Below are positions 41,257-50,893 of a stretch of DNA of 64,000 bases, piece by piece. Below the pieces are notes generated by a model, which made no database searches, was not told the DNA's origin, and saw nothing but the letters and a program-made list of their open reading frames with translations. Location: NCBI GenBank assembly GCA_965220965.1, contig OZ244852.1:320001-384000 (forward strand), written 5' to 3'. The position numbers and the translations under genes were made by a program. The stretch is from Candidatus Marinacidobacterium sp. Lineage in GTDB: Bacteria > Acidobacteriota > Vicinamibacteria > Marinacidobacterales > Marinacidobacteraceae. Numbering within the stretch: the stretch's first letter is position 1; the number at the start of each line of letters is the position of its first letter.

Positions 41257-42025
41257 GGAAGCCTCCCCAGACGCAGCCCGAGTCGAGCCCCAGGACGCGT
41301 CCCGGGCCGGCGGGCGACGCGGTGAGGCCGAGCGCCGCCCAGTGTCCGAAGAGGACGGTCGTCCCGCGAGGGATGCGGGCGCGCTCGAACCACGGCCGCC
41401 GGCCCGGGGGGAGGTCTTCGGGAGGGCCGCTGAAGCCGTAGTCCGGCTCCCCCGTCCGGTCGACCGCCCGGATGCGGGTCAGGACCGAGGCGTCCGCGAC
41501 GGCGCCGGGTGGCGCTGCTGACCGGTCACCCGATTCCCTGAAGCCCGCCCCGTCGCCCCTCAGCGCGTAGAGCGCTTCCAGAAACAGACGAGGGTCGCGG
41601 CGCAGTGCGGCGGTGGCGTCCGCGGCCCGCCGCTCCGCCTCGGCCACGCTCCACGCCGGGTGGATGCCGGCGTGCGCCAGCAGGTAGTCGCCTTCCCGGG
41701 CGGCGAAGGGCCGCATGGCGAGCCAGTCGCACAGCTCGGCCGCGTCAGGCGCGCTGAGGACGGCGTCCAGGGTGTCCCGTGGGCGGGAGGCGAGGAGGCC
41801 TTCGCGCTGCGCCAGCAGGTGGAGGTCGTGGTTCCCGAGAACGGCGTCCACCGAGTCCCCCTGCTCCAACGCCCAGCGCAGCATGGCGAGCGAATCCGGA
41901 CCCCGGTTCACCAGGTCTCCGAGGAACCGGATCCGGTCCCGTCCGCGCCGGTATCCGATGCGGTCGAGGAGCCGCCGGCATGTGCTAAAACAACCCTGGA
42001 CGTCGCCGACGACCCAGGTTGCCAT
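41183..42025 (-). CDS. apaH: Symmetrical bis(5'-nucleosyl)-tetraphosphatase
   Basis: GDVQGC, GDLVNRGPDS, LGNHDLHL, HAGI, FGHWAALG, LDSGCVWGG. Confidence 0.95.
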   Translation of the reverse strand: MATWVVGDVQGCFSTCRRLLDRIGYRRGRDRIRFLGDLVNRGPDSLAMLRWALEQGDSVDAVLGNHDLHLLAQREGLLASRPRDTLDAVLSAPDAAELCDWLAMRPFAAREGDYLLAHAGIHPAWSVAEAERRAADATAALRRDPRLFLEALYALRGDGAGFRESGDRSAAPPGAVADASVLTRIRAVDRTGEPDYGFSGPPEDLPPGRRPWFERARIPRGTTVLFGHWAALGLTASPAGPGRVLGLDSGCVWGGFLTALRLEDEALAVERATPEQSLRP

Positions 42026-42047
42026 TTCGTCAGCGTACCCCGGAGCC

Positions 42048-43580
42048 CTGCCGACCGAAGCCTCCCCCCCCGACGGCCTCTTCGCCGCCGTGGATCTCGG
42101 TTCGCGCAGCTTCCACCTGACCGTGGCGCGCGTCCACGGCGACAACATCGAGGTCGTGGACCAGCTCCGGGAGCCGGTCCGGCTGGCGGCCGGCCTCCGG
42201 GAGGACGGCGTGGACGCGGCGGTCTGGGGGCGCTGCCGCGAGTCGCTGGCCCGCATCGGAGAGCGGATCCGGGACATCCCTTCCGGTCAGGCGCGGGCCG
42301 TCGGAACGAACGCCTTCCGCCAGTTGGCGAAGCGCCGGCGGGTTCTGGATGAGGCCGCCGCGGCGCTGGGCCAGAGGGTCGAGGTGATCTCCGGTTCCGA
42401 GGAGGCGCGGCTCATCTACCACGGGGTCGACTCGATGCTGCCCCGGACGGAGGAACGTCGGCTGGTGGTGGACATCGGCGGCGGAAGCACCGAGCTCATC
42501 ATCGGGAGCGGCGGCGCGCCGCTGAGGACCCACAGCCTCTACATGGGGTGCGTTTCCTTTACCCGGAAGTTCTTCCCCGGCGGAGCGATCCGTCGCCGGA
42601 ACTTCGCCGCCGCCGAGACCGAGGCCCGACGCGAACTGGAGACGATCGAGGACGGATTCCTGCGCCTGGGCTGGAGCAGCGCCCACGGTTCCTCCGGAAC
42701 GGTCCGGGCGGCGGCGAGACTGCTGCGGCCGCTTGGTGGGCTCACCCGTCCGGGACTCAAGGGGCTGCGGCAACAGATGATCCGGGCCGCCCACATCGAG
42801 GGACTCACCGAGGGGGCTGACCGGATCGCGGACCTCCCGGTGGAGCGGGCCTGGGACTTCCCGGGCGGGGTGGCGATCCTCCGCGCGATCATGAAGGCCC
42901 TCGAGCTTCCGCGCATCGCGCCGGCCGAGGGCGCCCTCCGGGAGGGCGTGCTCCACGACCTGATCGGCCGCCGGCGCCATCAGGACATGCGCGACGCGAC
43001 CATCCGGAACCTGATGGCCCAGTACCGGGTGGACATCGAACAGGCCGTCCGGGTGCGGGAGACGGCGCTCGCCGGCTGGAGCCAGCTCCGCCGCGCCTGG
43101 GGCCTCGAACACGAGACCCTGCCGCGGTTCCTCCGGTGGGCCGCCACCCTCCACGAAATCGGCCTGTCCGTGTCCTTCAGCGGCCACCACCGCCACGGCG
43201 CCTACATCGTCCGCAACTCCGACATGCCCGGCTTCTCGCGGGACGACCAGGAGCTGCTCGCGGTCCTCATCGAGACGCACCGCCAGCGCCTCAGGCCCGG
43301 ACGGTTCGAGGAGGTGACCGCCGCCGATCCGCAGACCGCCGGGCGGCTCGCCGCCATCCTGCGAATCGCCGTCCTGCTCTGCCGGCGCCGCAGCCGCGAG
43401 CTCCTGCCGCCGATTCGCGCGTCCGGAGGCCCCGACGCGCTTGAACTCTCGTTTCCCGGCGGATGGCTGAGCCGGTATCCGCTGACCCGGGCCAACCTGG
43501 AGACGGAAGCGCGCGAACTCCGCTCGCTCGGGATTTCACTCCGGATCCACGAGAACGGGGACGGGGCCGACCCGTCGTGA
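42048..43580 (+). CDS. ppx: Exopolyphosphatase Ppx/GppA with HD domain
   Basis: AVDLGSRSFHL, ISGSEEARLIY, DIGGGSTE, ALREG, LHEIG; start uncertain (CTG 42048 or GTG 41982). Confidence 0.93.
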   Translation: MPTEASPPDGLFAAVDLGSRSFHLTVARVHGDNIEVVDQLREPVRLAAGLREDGVDAAVWGRCRESLARIGERIRDIPSGQARAVGTNAFRQLAKRRRVLDEAAAALGQRVEVISGSEEARLIYHGVDSMLPRTEERRLVVDIGGGSTELIIGSGGAPLRTHSLYMGCVSFTRKFFPGGAIRRRNFAAAETEARRELETIEDGFLRLGWSSAHGSSGTVRAAARLLRPLGGLTRPGLKGLRQQMIRAAHIEGLTEGADRIADLPVERAWDFPGGVAILRAIMKALELPRIAPAEGALREGVLHDLIGRRRHQDMRDATIRNLMAQYRVDIEQAVRVRETALAGWSQLRRAWGLEHETLPRFLRWAATLHEIGLSVSFSGHHRHGAYIVRNSDMPGFSRDDQELLAVLIETHRQRLRPGRFEEVTAADPQTAGRLAAILRIAVLLCRRRSRELLPPIRASGGPDALELSFPGGWLSRYPLTRANLETEARELRSLGISLRIHENGDGADPS

Positions 43581-43595
43581 GCCGGCCCCCGCGCG

Positions 43596-44471
43596 TCAGT
43601 CGCGCTTCCTGACCGTCGTCGAGAAGGCGCCCTCTCCGTACTGGAGCCTCAAGGGCTCGCGGGTCTCGAGGTTGTAGCGGTCACCGGGCTGGAGGAAGTA
43701 GAAGCCGCCCCCGTTGGGAAGCACCCGGGTGTTGTCGTAGATAGCGACATATCCTTGACCGATGACCTCGAAGCCGGTCCCGCGCACGACGATGGCGGTG
43801 TCCTCATCGATGCCGATCCCGAGGAGTTCGGGCCTCGCCTCGATGATCTCGAGGAGGTCGAAGTGCCGGTTGCGGACCAGCAGGTGCTGATCGATCGCGA
43901 CTCCCTGGAAGAACGCAAACCCCTCCTCGTGGTCGCCCATCATGATCGTGTTGCCGCTGGTGTCGCCCCGGGCCAGGTACTCGCCCTGGATCGTTGCGCC
44001 GGCGGACGAGCCGCCGATGACCCCGCCGCGCTCCAGCAGCGCGTGCAGCTCACGCTCGGTCCGGGTGTCGGCATAGGCGTCCACCAGCCGCCACTGCCGC
44101 CCGCCCGGAAACCAGACGCCGCGCGCGCGTCGGATCGGAGCCACGAACTCCTCGGTCTCGGCCTCCTCGCGCTCCCAGGTGTGGAGCACGGTGATGTCCG
44201 TTGCGCCCAGCGCCCGGAACCTGCGGGCCCCGGCGTACCACTCGTCGTAGTCTTCGCCGCCGCCGGCGGTGGGGATGATGACGATCGGGGCGTCGGGGCC
44301 ACCCGCAAGGTCGAGGAAGCGTTCGAGAATCGCCTCGTCGCGGAGCGCCCCGCCGACGACCACCAGGGCGCCGCGATCGGGACCCCGCTGCGGGAAGGGC
44401 TGGGCCGAAGCGGCCGGGGCGAAGAGGGCCGTCGACAGGACGAGCGGAACAAACGCGGATCGGGGTCGCAT
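43596..44471 (-). CDS. Exported cyanophycinase-like S51 peptidase
   Basis: Signal peptide; IIPTA, GGRQWRL, GGSSAGA, IDQH, GIGIDEDTA. Confidence 0.88.
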   Translation of the reverse strand: MRPRSAFVPLVLSTALFAPAASAQPFPQRGPDRGALVVVGGALRDEAILERFLDLAGGPDAPIVIIPTAGGGEDYDEWYAGARRFRALGATDITVLHTWEREEAETEEFVAPIRRARGVWFPGGRQWRLVDAYADTRTERELHALLERGGVIGGSSAGATIQGEYLARGDTSGNTIMMGDHEEGFAFFQGVAIDQHLLVRNRHFDLLEIIEARPELLGIGIDEDTAIVVRGTGFEVIGQGYVAIYDNTRVLPNGGGFYFLQPGDRYNLETREPLRLQYGEGAFSTTVRKRD

Positions 44472-44533
44472 GCTGGATCCTCCGGAGGAAAGCGAGCCGG
44501 GACCCCCCAATTCTGTGCGAACGCGCTCGTGAC

Positions 44534-46477
44534 GTGACCGGGACCATCTCCCCGGAGTCGCCGGCGCTGCGGGACATCGTGGTCGGGACCGCGGGACACA
44601 TCGATCACGGCAAGAGCTCCCTGGTGCGGGCGCTCACCGGGACGGACCCGGACCGGCTCAAGGAGGAGAAGGCCCGGGGGATCACCGTGGACCTGGGCTT
44701 CGCGCACCTGGAGCGGGACGGCGTCCGCTACGGCTTCGTCGATGTGCCCGGACACGAACGGTTCGTGCGGAACATGCTGGCGGGGGCCGCCGGCTTCGAT
44801 GCGGTGCTGCTCGTCGTCGCCGCCGACGAATCGGTCATGCCCCAGACGCGCGAGCACGTCGAGATCTGTCGTTTGCTCGGCGTCCGGACCGCGGTGGTGG
44901 CGCTGACCCGGGTGGATCTGGTGGACGACCCCGACATCCGCGAGCTGGCCGCCCTCGAGACCCGCGAACTGCTCCAGGGAACCCCCATGGAGGAGGCTCC
45001 GCTCGTGCCGGTCTCCTCGGTGACCGGGGAGGGGCTTCCCGAGCTCATCGGGGAGCTCGCGCGCGCGGCCTCCGCCGTTCCGCCGCGGGGCGCCGACGGG
45101 CCGTTCCGCCTCCCGGTGGACCGGGCGTTCTCGATGCGCGGGTTCGGCGCGGTCGTGACCGGCGCGCTGTCCTCCGGGCGGGTCGCCGTGGGGGACGAGG
45201 TCGAGGTGCTTCCGGCGGGGGAACGGGTCCGCGTGCGGGGACTCCAGGTCCATGGACGGGCGGCGGAGTCGGCGGCGGCCGGCCGGAGAACGGCGCTGAA
45301 CCTCTCGGGCGGCGGGCGACTCGGGATCGGACGCGGCTCGGTGGTCGCCGCTCCCGGCGCGTTCGCGCCGGCCCGCATGCTGGACGCCTCGCTGGAGGTG
45401 GTCTCCTGGGCGAACGGACCCCTCGTCGACGAGGAGCGGGTTCACCTCCACCTGGGGACCGCGGTGGCGCTGGCCCGGGTTCGTCTGCTGGGAGGCGCCG
45501 ACGCTCTCGCGCCCGGAGACTCCGCCTTCGCGCAGCTCCGTCTCGAGACGCCGCTCGTCGGCGCCCGGGGCGACCGGTTCATCGTCCGGCGCTATTCGCC
45601 GGTCATCACGATCGGCGGGGGCATGGTGCTCGACGCCCATCCTCCGAAGCGTTCCCCGCGAAGCGCGGCCGCGCTGGCCCGGGTCGCCGCCTTGGCCGAC
45701 GCCGACGAAGCGGGCGCGGCGCTCGCCTTTCTCGAGGAGTCCGGTCCGGCGGGTCTGTCGCCGGAGAGCCTCGCCCGAAGGCTCGGCCTGGGGTCGGACG
45801 AGACCGCCCGGGTCGGCGAGGCGCTGGTGGGGGAAGGGAAGGCCCTCCGGGCGCCAGGCGGACTCCTGCTCGCCGGGTCGAGTGTCCAGAGGCTCGAAGC
45901 CCGGATGCTTCGGCGCATTTCAGCGTGGGAATCCAGGAACCGCCTTCGGCCCGGAATGCCGGTGGAGCAGTTGCGGAGGGAGATCGGCGCTCCGGTCGTC
46001 GTTTCCGACGCGGTGCTGGCCCGCCTCGCCGGCGAGAACGCGGTGGAACTCGACCGCGACACCGTGAACAGCGCGGGCCGCGCCGTGGAGCTGACGCCGC
46101 GCGAACAGGAGGTGTCCGACGGCGTGGCGCGGATCCTCGCGGAATCCGGCTACCGGCCGCCGACCGTGACCGAGCTGTCCCGGGAGCTTGGCGCCCCCGT
46201 CGAACTGGTGGATGCGCTCCGCCGCCTGCTGGCCCGCGAGCGCCGGGTGGTGCTCGTCACGCCCGAGCTCGCCTTCGATGCCGAACGTCTTGTCGAATTG
46301 CGCCGGATGGTCCTGGTGCAGGCCACGGTGCGTCCCGAGATGGACGTGGCCTGGTTCAAGGAGCACCTGAACCTGAGCCGCAAACACGCGATCCCGCTGC
46401 TCGAGTGGCTGGACCGCGAGCGGGTCACGATCCGCGTCGGGAACGTGCGAAGAGTGCGAGCCTCCGTCCGCGCATGA
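44534..46477 (+). CDS. selB: Selenocysteine-specific translation elongation factor
   Basis: [28 protein letters not shown]-terminal winged helix [13 protein letters not shown]. Confidence 0.96.
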   Translation: MTGTISPESPALRDIVVGTAGHIDHGKSSLVRALTGTDPDRLKEEKARGITVDLGFAHLERDGVRYGFVDVPGHERFVRNMLAGAAGFDAVLLVVAADESVMPQTREHVEICRLLGVRTAVVALTRVDLVDDPDIRELAALETRELLQGTPMEEAPLVPVSSVTGEGLPELIGELARAASAVPPRGADGPFRLPVDRAFSMRGFGAVVTGALSSGRVAVGDEVEVLPAGERVRVRGLQVHGRAAESAAAGRRTALNLSGGGRLGIGRGSVVAAPGAFAPARMLDASLEVVSWANGPLVDEERVHLHLGTAVALARVRLLGGADALAPGDSAFAQLRLETPLVGARGDRFIVRRYSPVITIGGGMVLDAHPPKRSPRSAAALARVAALADADEAGAALAFLEESGPAGLSPESLARRLGLGSDETARVGEALVGEGKALRAPGGLLLAGSSVQRLEARMLRRISAWESRNRLRPGMPVEQLRREIGAPVVVSDAVLARLAGENAVELDRDTVNSAGRAVELTPREQEVSDGVARILAESGYRPPTVTELSRELGAPVELVDALRRLLARERRVVLVTPELAFDAERLVELRRMVLVQATVRPEMDVAWFKEHLNLSRKHAIPLLEWLDRERVTIRVGNVRRVRASVRA

Positions 46478-46527
46478 ACCCACGCGTTGCGCGGGAAGGG
46501 CCGCCTTAACGACCGACGGCGCACCGC

Positions 46528-47193
46528 TTACACGTCCCCTCGCGGCCCCTCCCGCGCCACGCCTGGCCCCCCGGACCGTGAGCCGGCGAGCGGTCGGGGC
46601 CTGACGGTCCGGGGCGCGGAACCGGGCGCGCCGAGGCCACACGGTCGCCGGTAGACCCGGGCGGTCGCGCAGATACCGGACCTCCAGGCGTCGTAGGCGG
46701 CCGGGTCGGACGCCGCACGGAATCCGCATCGCGTCAGGACGCGAACCGAGGCCGCGTTCTCCGGCAGGACGAGCGCGAAGACCTCGTGGGCCCCGAGCCC
46801 GCTCGCCGCGAAGGGAAGCGCCGCCCGGACCGCTTCCGTCGCATAGCCGCGTCCCCAGGCCCCCCGGGCGAGGACGTAACCCACCTCGACCCGCTGCGGC
46901 GCGCGCGCGTGGATTCCGAGTCCGCCGCAGACCCGGCCGCTGCTTCGCTCGACCACGGCGAGGTCGAAGTGGTTCGAGCCGGGAGCCCGGCCCCGGCGGA
47001 TCGCCCCGCGCAGGAACGCGAGCGTTTCCTCCTCGCGGTTGGGACCCCACCGGAGGAAGCGGGTGACCTGCGGGTCCGCGGCGTACTCCTGCACATCGGG
47101 CAGATCCGAGAGCCGGAACAGCCGGAGCAACAGCCGTTCGGATTCGATCGGCCGGAACGCCGGCGGCGTCCGGCGGAACGAGGTTTCAGCCAC
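46528..47193 (-). CDS. RimJ/RimL-type GNAT acetyltransferase
   Basis: IESERLLLR, EVGY..WGRGYATEAV, ENAASVRVL. Confidence 0.88.
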   Translation of the reverse strand: MAETSFRRTPPAFRPIESERLLLRLFRLSDLPDVQEYAADPQVTRFLRWGPNREEETLAFLRGAIRRGRAPGSNHFDLAVVERSSGRVCGGLGIHARAPQRVEVGYVLARGAWGRGYATEAVRAALPFAASGLGAHEVFALVLPENAASVRVLTRCGFRAASDPAAYDAWRSGICATARVYRRPCGLGAPGSAPRTVRPRPLAGSRSGGPGVAREGPRGDV

Positions 47194-47641
47194 CGGCGGC
47201 TTCGGCCACCCGCTTCAGGTCCGCGAGGTCGGCCTCGAGCGCCTTCCGGACCCCCGACACCATGACCCGGCCGAGCAGAAGGGACATCACCCGGGCGGCG
47301 AGGGTCGTCGGGCGGGCGGTGAATTCGAGCGTCACCCGCGTCCCGTCGCCGTCGGGGAGAAAACGGAACGTCGAGACGTACCGCGCGCCGTGGGAGTCCG
47401 CCTCCACGGTGAACGAATGCGGAGGCTCGAACCCGGAGATCCACATCTCTTCGGTTGCCGATCGCCCGTAGAGGGTCCGCGTCTCTCTCCAGCGGGTCCC
47501 CGGCCCGACATCTCCGTCCGTCAGGATCTCGACCCCGTCGATGCCCGACATGTTGTCGGCATAGCCGGCCACATCGCTCGAAATGGCGAACACCCGCTCG
47601 ACCGGCGCCGCGATCCGGGCCTCGACGTGTGCGGCGGGCAT
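47186..47641 (-). CDS. SRPBCC/START-domain protein
   Basis: IAAPVERVF, GPGTRWRETR, GTRVTLEF, C-terminal helix DLADLKRVAE. Confidence 0.85.
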   Translation of the reverse strand: MPAAHVEARIAAPVERVFAISSDVAGYADNMSGIDGVEILTDGDVGPGTRWRETRTLYGRSATEEMWISGFEPPHSFTVEADSHGARYVSTFRFLPDGDGTRVTLEFTARPTTLAARVMSLLLGRVMVSGVRKALEADLADLKRVAEAAGG

Positions 47642-47718
47642 CGCGCGAAGTGTAGGCCCGGAACCGTCAGCCGGCCGCGAACCGCCCCTCCCGCCGAAGC
47701 CCGCCTATCATCGGGGGG

Positions 47719-49113
47719 ATGCGATTCTTCTTCCGCGCGGGGCGCGGAGTGCTCGTCCCGCTGGCGTTGCTGGGTCTCGCGGCCTGCCGCGGGGAGGATC
47801 CGGCAAGCACGGAACACCCCCTCGCCCCCGGGGTTCGCGCGCTCGCGCAGGCGGCGCTCGCCGAGCATCCCTCGCCGGGCGTCTCGGTGGCGGTCGAACT
47901 CGGGGACGAACTGATCTTCGCCGGCGGGTTCGGTTACGCCGACCTCGAGAACGACGTTCCGGCGACGGTCGACACCGTCTACCGCATCGGGTCGGTGACG
48001 AAACAGTTCACCGCCGCCGCGATCATGCTGCTGGTGGAGGACGGGGACCTCGATCTCGAGACCGATCTGCGGGAGCTGCTCCCCGACTACGACACGCACG
48101 GCTTCCGGATTCCGGTGGAGCGGCTCCTCAACCACACCTCCGGCATCAAGGGCTACACCGAGATGGAGGAGTTCTGGTCCCGCGCCCGGCTGGACCTCGG
48201 CCACGACGCGATGCTCGAACTCTTCGGCTCGGAACCGTTCGAGTTCGAGCCGGGGGACCGGTATCAGTACAACAACTCCGGGTTCTACCTGCTGGGCGTC
48301 CTGATCGAGCGGTTGAGCGGAAGCGCGTACTCCGCCTTCCTCGAGGAGCGGCTGTTCCGGCCGCTGGGACTCGAGCGGACGCACTACCTCGACAACGATC
48401 CGATCGTCCCCGGCCGGGCCGAGGGGTACGAAACAACCCCCGACGGCGGGTTTCGCAACGACGACCCGCTCAGCATGCGGCTCCCCTACGCCGCCGGCTC
48501 GCTGGGATCGAGCGTCCTCGACCTCCTGAAGTGGCAGCGGGCTCTCGTCGGGGCGGAGGCGGTCGGGGCCGCCAGCCACCAGCGGATGGTCACCGCCGGG
48601 ACCCTGGTCTCGGGGGAGCCCGTTCCCTACGGCTACGGGCTCGCGCTCGGTGAAGCCCACGGACAGCGACGGATCTCCCACGGGGGCGGCATCAACGGGT
48701 TCCGGGCCCAACTGAGCTGGTATCCGGAGCCGCGGCTCGGAATCGCGGTGCTCATGAACGCCGGTTCGGGCCGCCCGGGGCTGCTCGAGAACCGGATCGC
48801 CCGCCACGCGCTGGGCATGGAGCAGCCCCGCATCGAAGAGATTCCCCGGACTCCGGAAGACCTCGAGCCGCTCGCCGGAACCTACGATCCGGGACGCTCG
48901 CCGATCGGGGTGCGCCTGGAGGACGGGTCCCTCAGGGGGCTCGGCCGTCGGCTGATCCCGGTGGCGGGTGGAGTCTTCCATCCCGACGGAGATCCCTTCA
49001 CCGAGGTCCGGTTCGATCCTCCCGGAGCGCCCGGGGAGCCGGCCCCGGGACTCACCGTGACGAGTGGAGGAAACACGACCCGGTACCGGCGGATACCGGA
49101 GTCCGGATCCTGA
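47719..49113 (+). CDS. Beta-lactamase-family serine hydrolase, lipoprotein
   Basis: Lipobox LAAC, SVTK (SxxK), LLNHTSG, YNN, HGGGING. Confidence 0.9.
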   Translation: MRFFFRAGRGVLVPLALLGLAACRGEDPASTEHPLAPGVRALAQAALAEHPSPGVSVAVELGDELIFAGGFGYADLENDVPATVDTVYRIGSVTKQFTAAAIMLLVEDGDLDLETDLRELLPDYDTHGFRIPVERLLNHTSGIKGYTEMEEFWSRARLDLGHDAMLELFGSEPFEFEPGDRYQYNNSGFYLLGVLIERLSGSAYSAFLEERLFRPLGLERTHYLDNDPIVPGRAEGYETTPDGGFRNDDPLSMRLPYAAGSLGSSVLDLLKWQRALVGAEAVGAASHQRMVTAGTLVSGEPVPYGYGLALGEAHGQRRISHGGGINGFRAQLSWYPEPRLGIAVLMNAGSGRPGLLENRIARHALGMEQPRIEEIPRTPEDLEPLAGTYDPGRSPIGVRLEDGSLRGLGRRLIPVAGGVFHPDGDPFTEVRFDPPGAPGEPAPGLTVTSGGNTTRYRRIPESGS

Positions 49114-49162
49114 GAGACTGGCCGGCGCGGGCCGGCGGGCTGCTGCCAGCCGCTACGAGCCG

Positions 49163-49636
49163 CTACGAATTGCGGCAGTCGGAGCAGATGCCGTAGAGCT
49201 GATGCCGGTGCCAGACGAGCCGGTAGCCGTGCGCGGCGGCCGCCTGTTCCTGGAGCCTCTCGACTTCCTCCGAGACGAACTCGTCGATCCGCCCGCAGCG
49301 GGTGCAGATCAGATGGTCGTGGTGATCCCGCGAAAGCGCCGGCTCGAAGCGCGTCAGGCCGTCCTTCAGGTCGATGGAGGATGCAATCCCGGCGTCGCAG
49401 AACAGCCGCAGCGCCCGATACACCGTCGTTCGCCCGATGGCCTGGTCGGCGGCGCGCACCCGCTCGTGCACGTCGTCGGCGGAGACGTGCCCGCCCATCG
49501 CCAGAAACTCGTCCAGAATCAGTTCGCGCTGACGCGACTTCTTCAGCCCCCGCTCGCGGATGTACTCGACGAGACGGGCGGTCGCTTCCGAGCGGACCTG
49601 CCTCGCGGGGGGCGGCGCCGCAGTGAAATCCGTCAA
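49163..49636 (-). CDS. fur: Fur-family metalloregulator
   Basis: TVYRAL, HHDHLICTRCG, YGICSDC. Confidence 0.9.
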   Translation of the reverse strand: MTDFTAAPPPARQVRSEATARLVEYIRERGLKKSRQRELILDEFLAMGGHVSADDVHERVRAADQAIGRTTVYRALRLFCDAGIASSIDLKDGLTRFEPALSRDHHDHLICTRCGRIDEFVSEEVERLQEQAAAAHGYRLVWHRHQLYGICSDCRNS

Positions 49637-49711
49637 GGGGAACAGGCCCCTTCAAGGGTACTGCCTCTCCGGCGCCGCGCTGGCCAGCCCGCCTCTACAA
49701 TCCGCCGCCCC

Positions 49712-50875
49712 GTGCGCGTCCTGTATCTCGACTTCTCCTCGGGGGTCTCCGGCGACATGCTCCTGGGGGCGCTTCGGGATGTCGGGACGCCCGCCAGCGT
49801 CTTCGAGGACACCCAGCGTTCGCTGGGGGCCGCCGGAGCGCTCTCGTTTCGCGAGGCCTCGAGGGGCGGGATTCGCGGGCTGCGGGCCGAGGTGGCCGTG
49901 GATGAAGCCGCCCCGACCCGCTACCTCGGTGAGTTTCTCGAGATCCTGCACCGGAGCGGGCTGGACCAGGGCCTGCGCGACCGGTCCGCTCAGCTTCTCC
50001 GGCGCATCTTCGAGGCCGAGGGTCAGGTTCACGGCCGTGATGCCGAGACAGTGCACCTCCACGAACTCGGCTCGGTCGACACGCTGGTGGACATCGTGGG
50101 GGTGACGGCGGCGCTCGCCTGGCTGGCCCCCGATCGGGTCGTCGGCTCTCCGGTGAACGTCGGAAGCGGGTCCGTCGACGCCGAACACGGGACGCTCGAG
50201 ATCCCGGCGCCGGCGACCGGCATCCTGCTCCGCGGCGTCCCCACGTTCTCGGACGGCTCCGGGTTCGAGCGGACCACGCCGACCGGAGCGGCGCTCACCG
50301 CGCTCTGCGACTCCTTCGATGGCTGGCCGGCGTTCCGTCCGGAGCAGATCGGGTACGGGCTCGGCCACGCCGACCCGCGCCGTGGACGACCGAATGCGCT
50401 GCGCGCCGTCCTCGGCGCCGCGTCGCCGGGGACCGAAGGGCGCGTCGTTCTTGTCGAGGCGACCCTCGACGACATGCAGCCCGAGCTCATCCCCCCGCTG
50501 CTCGAACGGCTCCTCGCGGAGGGGGCGACCGATGCGTGGTTCACCCCGGTGGTCATGAAGAAGGGCCGCCCGGGCTTCACCCTGACCGCGCTTGCCGAAC
50601 CGGCTGCGCGGGACCGGGTGATCTCGCTGTTCTTCACCGAGAGCTCGACGCTAGGCGTGCGGATCCGGGAGGCGGAACGGCAGACCCTGGAGCGGCGGAC
50701 CGTGCGCGTGACGACGCCGTTTGGAGACGTGGGCGTGAAGCTCGGTTTCTCCGGAGGGCGGGTCGTTAACCGGGCCCCCGAGTTCGAGGATTGCCGCCGG
50801 CTCGCCGCCGCGACCGGAACGCCGCTCAAGGACGTCTACCGGGAGGCGCTCGCGGCCGCCCCGCCGGCCACCTGA
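49712..50875 (+). CDS. larC: Nickel-pincer cofactor nickel insertase LarC
   Basis: YLDFSSGVSGDMLLGAL, VHLHELGSVDTLVDI, TTPTGAA, MKKGRPG, STLGVR, PEFED. Confidence 0.93.
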   Translation: MRVLYLDFSSGVSGDMLLGALRDVGTPASVFEDTQRSLGAAGALSFREASRGGIRGLRAEVAVDEAAPTRYLGEFLEILHRSGLDQGLRDRSAQLLRRIFEAEGQVHGRDAETVHLHELGSVDTLVDIVGVTAALAWLAPDRVVGSPVNVGSGSVDAEHGTLEIPAPATGILLRGVPTFSDGSGFERTTPTGAALTALCDSFDGWPAFRPEQIGYGLGHADPRRGRPNALRAVLGAASPGTEGRVVLVEATLDDMQPELIPPLLERLLAEGATDAWFTPVVMKKGRPGFTLTALAEPAARDRVISLFFTESSTLGVRIREAERQTLERRTVRVTTPFGDVGVKLGFSGGRVVNRAPEFEDCRRLAAATGTPLKDVYREALAAAPPAT

Positions 50876-50893
50876 TCGTCCGGCGGGAAACCC

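Noticed and set aside
47719-49113. Clinical-type beta-lactamase
   Set aside because: Motifs fit the broad serine hydrolase family; resistance cannot be inferred from sequence
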